Notes: a model not told the origin generated them from the sequence alone. A stretch of DNA of 64,000 nt from a virus (IMGVR_UViG_3300035701_009377:1-64000), one strand, 5' to 3'. Counted from the first letter of the stretch, positions 9,336 to 18,539 are shown. Made by a program: numbers and translations.

Positions 9336-9658
9336 CAGGCGGCTCCTTGTGGCGCGGCCTCCGGCCCCTCAAAGTTGCGAGTCCAGGCATCGTAAATTTC
9401 GGCGTAGAGCACGCCCCACGGTCCCTCGTGTCGATAGGCTTGCTCGATGGCGCGGACGTGCGCCCATTCGTGGAGCAGTGTGTCCACCAGGCCGGCATCG
9501 GGCTGCTTGGAGTTGACGCGGATGCGGTAGATGCTGCCGTCGAAGGTTGTCAGGCCGCAGTCGCAGTTGACGGGATAGCGGATCACCTTGACGGTGCCCT
9601 GGACGGGGAAGTGCTTCCGCAGCTTGCGAATCAGGGCACGCCATTCGCTGGTCTTCAT
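9335..9658 (-). CDS. SprT-like zincin metallopeptidase
   Basis: DTLLHEWAH...HEGPW. Confidence 0.75.
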   Translation of the reverse strand: MKTSEWRALIRKLRKHFPVQGTVKVIRYPVNCDCGLTTFDGSIYRIRVNSKQPDAGLVDTLLHEWAHVRAIEQAYRHEGPWGVLYAEIYDAWTRNFEGPEAAPQGAA

Positions 9659-9659
9659 G

Positions 9660-9851
9660 TCAGCCTCGGCCACGTTTCTTGCGAGGGTGCATTGGACTGT
9701 ATTTGTTGTGGGCCGCCGGGGCATTGGTCAGGACGCGGCGGCCCTTCTTCTTTCCGCACTTCGGGCAGCGGTAAGGCGGCCGGGCGAGCATCGCCTGGAA
9801 CGCCTCGAACTGGTGCCCACACGCGCTGCACCCGATGTCATACAACGGCAT
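9660..9851 (-). CDS. FmdB-family zinc-ribbon protein
   Basis: MPLYDIGCSACGHQFE...CPKCG. Confidence 0.85.
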   Translation of the reverse strand: MPLYDIGCSACGHQFEAFQAMLARPPYRCPKCGKKKGRRVLTNAPAAHNKYSPMHPRKKRGRG

Positions 9852-9977
9852 CTCAGCTTTCCGATTCGACGATGACCACGTTTGTTAGGAATTGGTGCCG
9901 ACCGTCGATCAACACGCTCCGGCACCGGGAGCCGATTCCAACCCAGGAAGGAGGCAAGGGTCTGGTTGCTTGACGGG

Positions 9978-10634
9978 CTACGGACGGCACACCCGCGTCG
10001 AGGTCGATGGCTTCCGAGGGGAAGTCTTCGATCTCGACGATTTCCGCCGCGCCGGCCCGTAGAAGTCGTACCCCTCGGGCACTTGGTAGTCGGCCGGCGG
10101 GAATTCGTGGTCGAGGCCCTTCGACAATTCCATCGCTATCTCGTTCCGGGCGGCCCGGAAGTTGGCCACACGGTTCATGCGGGTCCACAGTTCCTTGCTG
10201 GGCGTTTGGCGTAGCTCGACCATGGCGCGGAACTCGGGCCAGAATTCGGGGGGAATCTCGTGTCGCTTGAGGATGGCGTGCAGGCGTCGAGTGGTCATTG
10301 GTCGGTCGTGCGTTGGTCGTTGTTGGCTGCACGGCGCGGTCGCCGAACCCGCAAGAACTGAGCCTTCGGGCTCGATGTCTTCGGATCGCAACGATTCATA
10401 GGGCACCGGCGACCGGTAGTCGGCCGGCGGAAACTTGTGTCCTAGCGGCTTGGAGAGTTCGGTCAGAATCTCTTTCAGAGCCGCCTTGTAGTTGCGGACG
10501 CGGTTCAGGCGAGTCACCAGGGTGCGGCAGGGGCGCACCCCGTCTTCAACGAGCCCGTGCATCTCGGGCCAGAACTTCTCGGGGATCGCATGGCGCTTCA
10601 GGATGTCATCGAGGATGGGCAGTTTGACAATCAT
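9978..10634 (-). CDS. Hypothetical protein with two copies of an unrecognised ~85-aa domain
   Basis: Internal duplication IL.RH.I...FWPE...TR.NRV.N..AA..EI..ELSK.L.H.FPPADY. Confidence 0.75.
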   Translation of the reverse strand: MIVKLPILDDILKRHAIPEKFWPEMHGLVEDGVRPCRTLVTRLNRVRNYKAALKEILTELSKPLGHKFPPADYRSPVPYESLRSEDIEPEGSVLAGSATAPCSQQRPTHDRPMTTRRLHAILKRHEIPPEFWPEFRAMVELRQTPSKELWTRMNRVANFRAARNEIAMELSKGLDHEFPPADYQVPEGYDFYGPARRKSSRSKTSPRKPSTSTRVCRP

Positions 10635-10685
10635 GGTTGGTCCCTTTCGGTTAGGGGTCTGGTTGTTTCACGGGCTGCGGCCGGC

Positions 10686-10976
10686 TCACCCGCCCGATGC
10701 CATAGTCATGGCATCTTCGGGACTCAGCGACTCGTATCTTTGCTGTTCCCACCGGCTGCGGAAATCGGCCGGCGGCCACTTGTGGTCCACCCGCGTGCAA
10801 AGCTCGGCCAAGATGTCGTTCAGGGCGGCCTTGTAGTTGGCCACGTAGACCAGCCGCGTCAGCAATTCCCGTCCCGGCCAGCGCCGCTCTTGGACGAACT
10901 GGCGAATCTCCGGCCAGAACTTGGGGTGGATTCCATGCTTCGCCAGGATGTCGTTCAGTGCGGGCAGTGCGATCAT
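10686..10976 (-). CDS. Hypothetical protein, single copy of the same domain
   Basis: ILAKHGIHPKFWPE...ANYKAALNDILAEL...HKWPPADF; same RBS context as 10634. Confidence 0.75.
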   Translation of the reverse strand: MIALPALNDILAKHGIHPKFWPEIRQFVQERRWPGRELLTRLVYVANYKAALNDILAELCTRVDHKWPPADFRSRWEQQRYESLSPEDAMTMASGG

Positions 10977-11020
10977 GGTTGGTGGTCCCTTTCGTGTTGG
11001 CGTTCGCAATTGCACGTCCC

Positions 11021-11060
11021 TCTACCAGTTAAATCACCGAAAAGTGCTGGCCGGAACGGT
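11021..11060 (-). promoter_or_regulatory. Putative phage-specific promoter, copy 1
   Basis: Minus strand ACCGTTCCG-N12-CGGTGATTTAACTGGTAGA; same motif and spacing at 21491-21530. Confidence 0.65.
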
Positions 11061-11126
11061 CGCCAATTCGTTTTCTCAAGGCCCGATACAGTAAGTCCCA
11101 GGCGAGGATTGTGACGATCAGCATGG

Positions 11127-11531
11127 TTAGAACTCGACGTAGTTCACGCAGTTGGGCTTCGGCGTCGGCCGCTTTTGAGAGGTATCGAGATCGACCTTGA
11201 TCGTTAGGGTCACTTCATCGCGGTGTACGGTGACGTGAACAGTTGTGCCGGGCGGATGCCGCTGGATGGCGGCAATCAAATCGTCAAACCTTGGCGTCGG
11301 GTAATTGTTCACGCAGATGATGGTGTCACGGATTTGCAGACCGGCGCGTTCGGCCGTACTGCGGGCGGACACCTGTTCAATCTCGTTGGTCTTGGCCCGA
11401 AAGGTGATGCCTAGAAGTTCCAAGGCGGCCAGCCGTGCTGCTACTTCGTTGTCAACCTCGCGTAGGGCCTCAAGCTCGTTTTGACCGCTGATGTCGTCGT
11501 CAGGCTGTTCGCGCCAGTCGTTGTCGATCAT
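11127..11531 (-). CDS. PDZ-domain protein
   Basis: LLGITF...IEQVSARSTAERAGLQIRDTIICVN...PGTTVHVTVHRD. Confidence 0.8.
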   Translation of the reverse strand: MIDNDWREQPDDDISGQNELEALREVDNEVAARLAALELLGITFRAKTNEIEQVSARSTAERAGLQIRDTIICVNNYPTPRFDDLIAAIQRHPPGTTVHVTVHRDEVTLTIKVDLDTSQKRPTPKPNCVNYVEF

Positions 11532-11761
11532 TCGGTCATCTCCTTTGGCCAGGGCCAGTCGATGATCTCAAGGTCTTCCTCGGTTTCCCATTCCATGAAG
11601 GCCACGCGGTCCCAAATGCAGGGGACTTTCTTCGGCCGCTGCTGCGAAGGGTCGGCGGCCTCCAAGGCCGCGAGTCGTTTGCGGATTTCCAATTCATCCG
11701 CTCTTACTGAGTCGAAGTCGCTGCACATCTCAAAGATCAGGTCGTCTACGTTGCGATTCAT
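11528..11761 (-). CDS. Hypothetical protein
   Basis: Coupled ORF. Confidence 0.5.
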   Translation of the reverse strand: MNRNVDDLIFEMCSDFDSVRADELEIRKRLAALEAADPSQQRPKKVPCIWDRVAFMEWETEEDLEIIDWPWPKEMTE

Positions 11762-13035
11762 TACTCCGTCTCCCAGATCGCGCGGTGGATATATTGGCTT
11801 CGTACCATGCCGTGTTCCTCCGCGATCTTGGCGCAATAGCCGGCGTCGAGTTCGATCAGCGTGCAAGGGTTGCCAGTGCGTTTACACACCCTGAGCGTCG
11901 TGCCCGTGCCGCCGAAGGGGTCCAAGACAGATTCGCCCTCCGGCGTAGTGAGCCTGACGCAACGCTCGATCAGGCCCTCGTTGAGTTGCGTCGGATGCCA
12001 GGGCCGTCGCTGCTTGGAGTTGCCAGTCACGCGAGGGAAGTTGAAGACATCGCTCATTGCCAACTCACCCGTGACATGCCGCCATGTCTTCCGATCCTTG
12101 ATGGCCCGGATGTTGGCTTCCGTGACACCGTATTGTCGAGCAAGGCAGGTCGGGGTATCGGGTGACTGGTAAATGCGAACGACATCTTCGGTGGTCAACT
12201 TTGCCAATCCATTGTTCTCACCGTTTGGATGGTTCCCTCTCCGCTTGCTTTCTTTATCGCGGTTGTTGTCGTCATCAGTTCCGATGAATAGATGGTTCGG
12301 GTTGCAGCAACCAGGGTTATCGCAGGCGTGCAACACGAGTTGACCGATGGGGTCAACTCCGTGCGTCAGCCGCCACATGAGGCGCGTGGCAACGTATAGT
12401 TGCTCACCGACGCGGAAACGGCCGTAACCTGCGCGCTTACCGGCTGTCCATTCCCAACAATCCGTTTCACTGCGGCGGTCGATCTTTGCCAAAAAGCGTT
12501 CAACGTCTTGCGTGGTCCAATTCGGCAGCGGCAACGTGTCACGCTCGCCATACTCGAAATGAGCCACGTCGCCGGGCACCCGGCCGCGAGGATCGGCTCG
12601 CTTATCGCCGTTCTCTTGCCGCCAACTTGGGATGCGAATGGCGTCGGGGCACAACGGGGCTTCGGACCAGCGCAGCCGGAGCAGCGGCCGATGGTTGTTT
12701 CCCAGGTCATGGTGGCAATGCTGCCCGAATGTGAAGGTCTGGACGCACGGCTTGGCTTCCAGTCCGCTGGTGCGCCGGACCATTTCGGTCACGATCCGGC
12801 CGACCTCGAAGGTCCAGCGGGCGTTGTAGCTGAACCAGACGGTTTTGGCTTTGTGGATGAATAGATGAAGCCAGGTTTCGAGCAGATCGACGTACTGATG
12901 GTCAGGCAACTTGTCCTTGTAGGTCTGGTAGCCCAGGCCGATGTTATCGGGCGGGTCCGAAAAAATCGTGCAGAACACCTGTGGGGTTCCGTTGAGATAG
13001 TCGAGACAATTGGCGTTAATCAGGATGTGCTTCAT
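11761..13035 (-). CDS. N4/N6 DNA methyltransferase (beta-class) with in-frame HNH endonuclease insertion
   Basis: SDPPDN, HPTQL, VLDPFGGTGTT; insert CWEWTAG...GYGRF...VLHACDNPGCCNPNHL...N plus C-terminal HTH. Confidence 0.85.
   Translation of the reverse strand: MKHILINANCLDYLNGTPQVFCTIFSDPPDNIGLGYQTYKDKLPDHQYVDLLETWLHLFIHKAKTVWFSYNARWTFEVGRIVTEMVRRTSGLEAKPCVQTFTFGQHCHHDLGNNHRPLLRLRWSEAPLCPDAIRIPSWRQENGDKRADPRGRVPGDVAHFEYGERDTLPLPNWTTQDVERFLAKIDRRSETDCWEWTAGKRAGYGRFRVGEQLYVATRLMWRLTHGVDPIGQLVLHACDNPGCCNPNHLFIGTDDDNNRDKESKRRGNHPNGENNGLAKLTTEDVVRIYQSPDTPTCLARQYGVTEANIRAIKDRKTWRHVTGELAMSDVFNFPRVTGNSKQRRPWHPTQLNEGLIERCVRLTTPEGESVLDPFGGTGTTLRVCKRTGNPCTLIELDAGYCAKIAEEHGMVRSQYIHRAIWETE
12052..12564 (-). 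mobile_element. HNH homing-endonuclease-like insertion inside methyltransferase
   Basis: ~171 codons, visibly AT-richer, flanked by duplicated GDV/SDV motif. Confidence 0.75.
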
Positions 13036-13304
13036 TGCTGCCTCGGGTTGCTGCCGCTGTGGCCGCGCTTGGCGACCACGACGTAGGTGCCGATCCAGCC
13101 GCCGAGGATGTACGCGGCCACAGCCAAGAAGCACTTCTCGACGATCAGCACTGTGGAGACGATGGTGCAAAGGTAGAGGACGGCACTCAGGTTCGCGGCG
13201 GCCATTGGTCGCCGTTGCATCACGGCGTTGACACAGCACGTCCACACCCAGTCCATTGCGAACCCGCAGGCGAAGGCACCCAGGAGCACTGTTACACTTG
13301 TCAT
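13032..13304 (-). CDS. Small membrane protein (3 TM)
   Basis: Hydrophobic throughout; AYILGGWIGTY. Confidence 0.65.
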   Translation of the reverse strand: MTSVTVLLGAFACGFAMDWVWTCCVNAVMQRRPMAAANLSAVLYLCTIVSTVLIVEKCFLAVAAYILGGWIGTYVVVAKRGHSGSNPRQQ

Positions 13305-13534
13305 GCTTCTTTCTCTTTCCGAATGGCCGCGGGGCGCAAAGCGACGGTGATGATCGGCACCAGATCGTCGGGGCCGAGCTGGTCGGCTTCCGAGACGTAC
13401 ACCAGGTCGATAGCCGCCTGGGGAACGCCGAACTTGTTGACTACTTCTTCAAGCCGCTTGAAGGCTTCGACAAAATGCTCGGGATTGAGCGTCGATTGGC
13501 GCAATCGACGCAGGGATTCCTCGTAGACTTGCAT
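13301..13534 (-). CDS. Hypothetical protein (start uncertain)
   Basis: ORF in operon orientation. Confidence 0.5.
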   Translation of the reverse strand: MQVYEESLRRLRQSTLNPEHFVEAFKRLEEVVNKFGVPQAAIDLVYVSEADQLGPDDLVPIITVALRPAAIRKEKEA

Positions 13535-13559
13535 TTGTGGCACGTCTTGGACTGCTGAA

Positions 13560-14552
13560 TCAAAAGAACGCGGGACGAGTGACCTTGTTGAACCACTGGT
13601 CCAGTTCGGTGTTGCCATCCAGGCCCACGGCCGTCTCTTCCAGGACTTGGCAGCGGGCGTCGGATTCCTCGCGGGTCATGGCCATGAAGACGTGGCCGCT
13701 GGTGATGGCCTGCCAGCAGCGGGCGACCCGTTCCAGGAGCTTCATCTGGTAGTCGCCCTTGACCCGGCCGCGATGGTTAGCGACCCGCAGGAGCGGCCTG
13801 GCCTCGGCGGGCTTGGCGACGATTTCCTCAATCATGCAGACCACGTTCTCGTCGCCTGGCTTCTCGCCCAGCAGCCAGCCGTAGAGGCAAAGCTGGTCGG
13901 CGTACTCGTCGCTGCACGTTTCCAGGTAGCCAGCGTTGATCGTCAGCCCGCGATGGTCCATCGGCAGATAGGAAGCGTGCTCTTTGCCGTGACTGCGGCT
14001 GGGCTTGTCGCCGTTGTAGGCATCGCGGCAGAGCATGTAGCCCTTCGACGGGCTGGCCCCGTGCTTGGAGCAGTAGCCCCGGACCTTCCAATCAAGGATG
14101 CAATGGACCGGTCCCTGGCCGAAGTCGAGCACGAACCGGCAGTCCGGTTTGCCGGTGAAGGGAGCACCCGCGATGGTGCCGTCCAGCTTGAACTCGAAGC
14201 GGGGCCGCTCAACGGACGCCCGGAGCAGGGCGAGCAAGTCGTCGTAGGCGCCAGTCAGCTTGTAGCACTCGAAGACGTGCTGCCCGGCCTCCAAAGCGAA
14301 GTCCCGGCATTGTGGCTCCACTTGGGACTCGAAGATGGCGGCAAACTCGAATTGCGGATCGGTGCCAACGCCGAACAGGGCCTCGTGCAAGGCGGCCTTC
14401 ACGCGGGCGTCGAAGCTGGCACCCACGGCCATCGGCGGTTCCTGCGGCAGCCGAGGGGCCGGCCTTTCAGCCAGATAGCGGATGTAGAACTCTTCGGGGT
14501 TCTTCTCGAAGAGCGACAGCGACGAATAGCTGAGCGAGCGCGGGGTTCTCAT
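13560..14552 (-). CDS. PD-(D/E)XK / RecB-Cas4-like exonuclease
   Basis: LSYSSLSLF, GKPD...ILDWK, QLCLY. Confidence 0.8.
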   Translation of the reverse strand: MRTPRSLSYSSLSLFEKNPEEFYIRYLAERPAPRLPQEPPMAVGASFDARVKAALHEALFGVGTDPQFEFAAIFESQVEPQCRDFALEAGQHVFECYKLTGAYDDLLALLRASVERPRFEFKLDGTIAGAPFTGKPDCRFVLDFGQGPVHCILDWKVRGYCSKHGASPSKGYMLCRDAYNGDKPSRSHGKEHASYLPMDHRGLTINAGYLETCSDEYADQLCLYGWLLGEKPGDENVVCMIEEIVAKPAEARPLLRVANHRGRVKGDYQMKLLERVARCWQAITSGHVFMAMTREESDARCQVLEETAVGLDGNTELDQWFNKVTRPAFF

Positions 14553-14555
14553 GGT

Positions 14556-14846
14556 CTACCTTCGGCGGAAGAAGCGGCGATAGCAGGACTGATAGCAAGG
14601 CGAACACGATGGCATAGTGGCTGACGCCTCGGGCGTCGGCTTGGCCGCAGGTTTTGCCGGCTCGGTGGGGAGCGGTGCAACCGGGAGCCGTGCGACAGGC
14701 GGTGCTGACACCGCTTCGGCGGCCACTTCAAGGGCAACCGGCATGGTGACGACGACCGGCACGGGCGCGGCCTCGTCCACCTTGTTCGGCGGCGGCGTAT
14801 AGACACAGCCGCAGATCAGAACGACAAATATGATCAGGTAACGCAT
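14556..14846 (-). CDS. Putative lipoprotein, Pro/Ala-rich with Cys/Arg C-terminus
   Basis: MRYLIIFVVLICG-C lipobox-like; ends CSPCYQSCYRRFFRRR. Confidence 0.6.
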   Translation of the reverse strand: MRYLIIFVVLICGCVYTPPPNKVDEAAPVPVVVTMPVALEVAAEAVSAPPVARLPVAPLPTEPAKPAAKPTPEASATMPSCSPCYQSCYRRFFRRR

Positions 14847-15040
14847 GGCTGTTCCCTCGGGTCCAGTGGATCGTGGCCGAGAATCTTGGCAACGACCACT
14901 TGCCGCCGTAGTTCCGGCGGCAGGGCGGCCAGGGTCTTGATCTTTCCCAGACAGCACTTCTTGGCTTTCTTGCCGCTGCCGCACGGGCACTTCTCGTTGC
15001 GCCGCGGCAGTTTCTCGCATCGGATCGGTTGCGGCTTCAT
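14834..15040 (-). CDS. SEC-C motif protein
   Basis: RNEKCPCGSGKKAKKCC. Confidence 0.8.
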   Translation of the reverse strand: MKPQPIRCEKLPRRNEKCPCGSGKKAKKCCLGKIKTLAALPPELRRQVVVAKILGHDPLDPREQPCVT

Positions 15041-15044
15041 GGTT

Positions 15045-15260
15045 TCAGTTCGCCTTGCCGTAAGGAATCTGGTGCCAGATTCGTTCGTGGTAATAGAAGA
15101 GGACCAGCTTCACGACGAAGCAGATGGCCGTGAACACGGCGCAGCCTCCGACGTTGCCGAATGTGGCGTAAGCCAATACGAAGCAGACGAGGTTGCTGAA
15201 TGTCTCCCAACTGACGGCCTTCGCAAACGACCGCTTGGGAGTGCTCGGGTCCGGTCTCAT
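15045..15260 (-). CDS. DUF2061-like membrane protein
   Basis: KRSFAKAVSW...KLVLFYYHERIW. Confidence 0.75.
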   Translation of the reverse strand: MRPDPSTPKRSFAKAVSWETFSNLVCFVLAYATFGNVGGCAVFTAICFVVKLVLFYYHERIWHQIPYGKAN

Positions 15261-15814
15261 CCCTGGTACTCCCCGGTGAAGTTGAAGAAGTACCAACGAT
15301 TGAGTCGGTCAATTACGGGATCATGCGCGATGTGCCGTAGGTAAGCGTGGACTTCCTTCCATGTCGAGAAGATCATCTCGAACGGCAGCGTGCCGAACAG
15401 CCAATCTGGACAGTGTTCCTTGCCCTGCGTAATCCGCACGAGGACCGGCTTCTTCATGCGGTTTGCCCAGAACAGTTCCTCGTAAGTGCCGGTCGCGTGG
15501 ACTTGCAGGTCGATGTTCACCACGAGGAAGTCGCAGATGTCCACCATCCGCAGATCGACCGGGCGAATCTGTTTCATCTGTTCGCGGACAAACTGAAAAT
15601 CACCGTGTTCCTTTGCCTTCTTGCGAAGCTGACGGTTCTCCAAGTCTTCAACGCCAATATCGATGGGCTTGCACGTCGGATCGAGCCAGATAATCTTGAG
15701 GTCTTTGAGGGCTGTCTTGATGTGCTCGCGCCAGCCGACCCCGCCATCCTTCACGCGGTCCATTGCACCACACAGATACCCTCGGTTCAGGGCCAGTCGG
15801 TTGAGTCTTGTCAT
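15257..15814 (-). CDS. Nucleoside 2-deoxyribosyltransferase / nucleotide N-glycosidase superfamily
   Basis: YLCGAM, DLRMVDICDFLVV, GTYEELFWA..KKPV. Confidence 0.8.
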   Translation of the reverse strand: MTRLNRLALNRGYLCGAMDRVKDGGVGWREHIKTALKDLKIIWLDPTCKPIDIGVEDLENRQLRKKAKEHGDFQFVREQMKQIRPVDLRMVDICDFLVVNIDLQVHATGTYEELFWANRMKKPVLVRITQGKEHCPDWLFGTLPFEMIFSTWKEVHAYLRHIAHDPVIDRLNRWYFFNFTGEYQG

Positions 15815-16458
15815 GGCAGCAGCCCCCGGTAGGTGGACGCGCCGAGGCGGGTGCAGCCCAAGTCCAAATACAAGGCGGCGTCGGCGTAGGTCTTAATTCC
15901 TCCGCTGGCTTTCACCCCTGCCTTGCCATCGACGGCTTCCAAAATGGCCTTGACCGCTTCGAGCGTGGCCCCGCCGGGGCCGAAGCCGGTGGATGTCTTC
16001 ACGAAGTCCACGCCGCTTTCGACGCAGAGGCGGCACGCCTCGTGAATCTGCTCCGGCGTGTAGTGGGCCGTCTCTAAGATGGCTTTCACGAGCACGCCGC
16101 GAGGATGGGCAGCCTTGACGATGTTGGCGATGTCCCAGAAGGCGTCATGCCGGCCGCCATCGAGAAACCGGCCGTAGTTGACCACTACATCGAGTTCCTT
16201 CGCCCCGCAGTCCATCGCCACCACGGCCTCGGCGTACTTGGCCTCGGGCAGCGTGTTTCCGTGGGGAAAAGCAATCACCGCGCAGATGTTGCGGTACAGA
16301 CCGCTCGCCATCGGCACCCAGGCTGGCGCAACGCAAACCGCCTTGACCTTGCCGGCCACCGCCAAGGCGCAGGCGGCGCGCACGTCGGCGGCCGTGGCAG
16401 TCGGCTTGAGGACAGCCAAGTCCAGGGCGGCGGCAATCTGTTCCTTCGTGTAGCTCAT
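15811..16458 (-). CDS. deoC: Deoxyribose-phosphate aldolase
   Basis: VIAFPHG, ELDVV, KAILET, FVKTSTGF, GVKASGGI, RLGAS. Confidence 0.95.
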   Translation of the reverse strand: MSYTKEQIAAALDLAVLKPTATAADVRAACALAVAGKVKAVCVAPAWVPMASGLYRNICAVIAFPHGNTLPEAKYAEAVVAMDCGAKELDVVVNYGRFLDGGRHDAFWDIANIVKAAHPRGVLVKAILETAHYTPEQIHEACRLCVESGVDFVKTSTGFGPGGATLEAVKAILEAVDGKAGVKASGGIKTYADAALYLDLGCTRLGASTYRGLLP

Positions 16459-17840
16459 AAGGTTCTCGATTCCAAGCGGGCGGCCGTGATGTCACAGTTG
16501 TGGGCATCCAGCTCGACGCCGATGCAGGGACGACCCAGTTTCTTTGCGGCGATGAGGGTTGTCCCACTGCCGGCGAAGGGGTCCAGAATGACGCCGCCGG
16601 TCGGCGTGGAGAGCAGCGTCAGCAGATAGCCCATCAAGTCGAGCGGCTTGACCGTGGGATGGTCGTTGCCCAGGCCGCGCTCCTTCTTTGTCGACTTGCC
16701 GCAGTAGAAGAACCGAGATGCCCCGCCGGAGTCGCCGAAGGTGCCGGTGGCCGAGGCCGTGTCCGGGAAACCTCCGTGATAGCCGCCCTCTCCCTTGCTG
16801 CGGTTGCGCTGCTGGCCGGCCTTCATCTTGCCGCTGGTGAGCGTGCCAGTCTGGGCGTCCAGCCTTCCCACCGGACAGTCGGGATGGCATTCGTAGACGG
16901 GCACGACCTCATTGCCGTAGACGCGAGCATTTGGCTCGCCATCGCCAGAGTCCGCGCCCACGTTGCCGAACCCGCCGGGCCGGCGGCCGGCGCAGTTGCC
17001 CCGCGGATCGCCGCGCAGGACCGTCGTACCGACTTGCCGGCACTCGGGATGGTGCTCCAAGAGCAGGTTCGCCGGCCAGCGGCCGAGGGGAAATACGCGT
17101 TCTGCGACGCTGCGGGTCTCTTCGTACTCGGTGGCGTGCCAGGGGCCGGCTTTTCCCTTCCCTGACGAAAGCCACTTCTCGCCGTACTCGGCGGCATAGT
17201 CGCATGGTATCCGGCAGGCGTCGATGTTCATGCCGGCGACGCCGTGGCGTTGAGCGTTCTGTGCAAAGGTGCCATCGAGCGGCTTCATCGCCAGGACGAT
17301 CGGTTCCCAGGCGGGCTTCAGGGAGGAGCCCCAGCCGTTCCAGCGATTGGCAACTTCGGTGGCCGGAATGGTGTCGAGGATTTCGACATTGCCGGCCTTG
17401 CCGTGTCGCTGCCGGTTCTGGTAGCTGTCGCCGCGGATGTCCGGCTGCGTGCGTCTGCCAACCACCTCCCGCTCTGCCCCTGCCGCCTTGTCGAGGGCCT
17501 TGGAGATGTCCAGCGATTTCGGGAATCCCTGGCCATAGAGCCACATCAAGCAGTCACGGATTTCCCAGCCGGCATCCTCGATGGCATCGACGAGCCGGTG
17601 CCAGGTCCGCGTGCCGCCAAAGGCCAGCAGCATTGCGCCGGGCTTGCACACGCCGGCAATCGCCTTCCAGTAAGGCGGGCCGGGAACATCGAAATCCCAG
17701 TCCTTTTCCATGAAGCCCAGGCCGTAGGGCGGATCGGTGACAACGAAGTCCACCGTGTTCGGCTGCATCGCTTGGGGCAGCACCTCCCGCAGGTCGCCGT
17801 GGTAAAGCGTGATGTCGTTTTTCTCGTAGTAAGGCTGCAT
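16455..17840 (-). CDS. N4/N6 DNA methyltransferase (beta-class)
   Basis: TDPPYG, HPTVKP, ILDPFAGSGTT. Confidence 0.92.
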   Translation of the reverse strand: MQPYYEKNDITLYHGDLREVLPQAMQPNTVDFVVTDPPYGLGFMEKDWDFDVPGPPYWKAIAGVCKPGAMLLAFGGTRTWHRLVDAIEDAGWEIRDCLMWLYGQGFPKSLDISKALDKAAGAEREVVGRRTQPDIRGDSYQNRQRHGKAGNVEILDTIPATEVANRWNGWGSSLKPAWEPIVLAMKPLDGTFAQNAQRHGVAGMNIDACRIPCDYAAEYGEKWLSSGKGKAGPWHATEYEETRSVAERVFPLGRWPANLLLEHHPECRQVGTTVLRGDPRGNCAGRRPGGFGNVGADSGDGEPNARVYGNEVVPVYECHPDCPVGRLDAQTGTLTSGKMKAGQQRNRSKGEGGYHGGFPDTASATGTFGDSGGASRFFYCGKSTKKERGLGNDHPTVKPLDLMGYLLTLLSTPTGGVILDPFAGSGTTLIAAKKLGRPCIGVELDAHNCDITAARLESRTL

Positions 17841-17962
17841 GGGCGCGTAGCGCGAGACAGTTGTTGATAAGTGGGCCGTGACCGACTGGCGGAGCGGCCG
17901 GGCGGTCTTACGTGGATTCGCAGGCTTCCCCGAAGCGGGGGACGATCATCTCGGATGTGTCT

Positions 17963-18469
17963 TCATCGGTGCCTCGCGGTTGTTGTGCAGTACGCGCCTT
18001 TCAATGGGCACTGCAGCAGCAGTTGTGCGTTCTTCTCGCCGTAGGCCAGCAACACGGATGGCCCGCCGGAGTTGCCCTTGGCCCTGGTTCCGTCGAATTG
18101 GTAAAAGTGCAACCGACCTTCGAGAAACAGGGCTCCGGTGACCTTTCCCCACACATGCTCGAAGAACATCGCCGTCTCGGTCCGGGCGAAGACCAGAGCG
18201 ATGCCATTGCCGTGCTGACTGAGGCGTTCCAGCCACAGCCCCGTCTGCTGACCGTAGGGGGCGTTCAGCCATAAACGCCCAAACCACGGCAGTGCGAGAC
18301 CATCTTGCGGCGGGGAGTATTGATGCCTCGCCGTGGGCCACGGCTGGCCCGGTGCGGCACAAGGGTCAAGATCGAACGGCCCCAGCGCCTGGATGATCTC
18401 CGGCGGCGTCAGCCAGCAGTCGGTCTTTCCTCGGAAGGCACGGGTGTGGCTTCCGATGCCGGTCGTCAT
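17963..18469 (-). CDS. Phage N6-adenine DNA methyltransferase (small)
   Basis: WLTPPE, FDLDPCA, LWLNAPYG, LVFARTET. Confidence 0.85.
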   Translation of the reverse strand: MTTGIGSHTRAFRGKTDCWLTPPEIIQALGPFDLDPCAAPGQPWPTARHQYSPPQDGLALPWFGRLWLNAPYGQQTGLWLERLSQHGNGIALVFARTETAMFFEHVWGKVTGALFLEGRLHFYQFDGTRAKGNSGGPSVLLAYGEKNAQLLLQCPLKGAYCTTTARHR

Positions 18470-18539
18470 TCCACGTTCCTCTGGATGCAGGGGTGTTCGG
18501 CCGGGAAAAGGTGATTGGCGAAGTCGGCGGTGTAGGCCA

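Noticed and set aside
12052-12564. Intein or group I intron in the methyltransferase
   Set aside because: No Cys/Ser start, no His-Asn plus C/S/T end, and no non-coding ribozyme core; the whole insert is coding.
13560-14552. CRISPR-Cas or diversity-generating retroelement
   Set aside because: No repeat-spacer array, other cas genes, reverse transcriptase or TR/VR pair seen; the nuclease is a solo PD-(D/E)XK protein.
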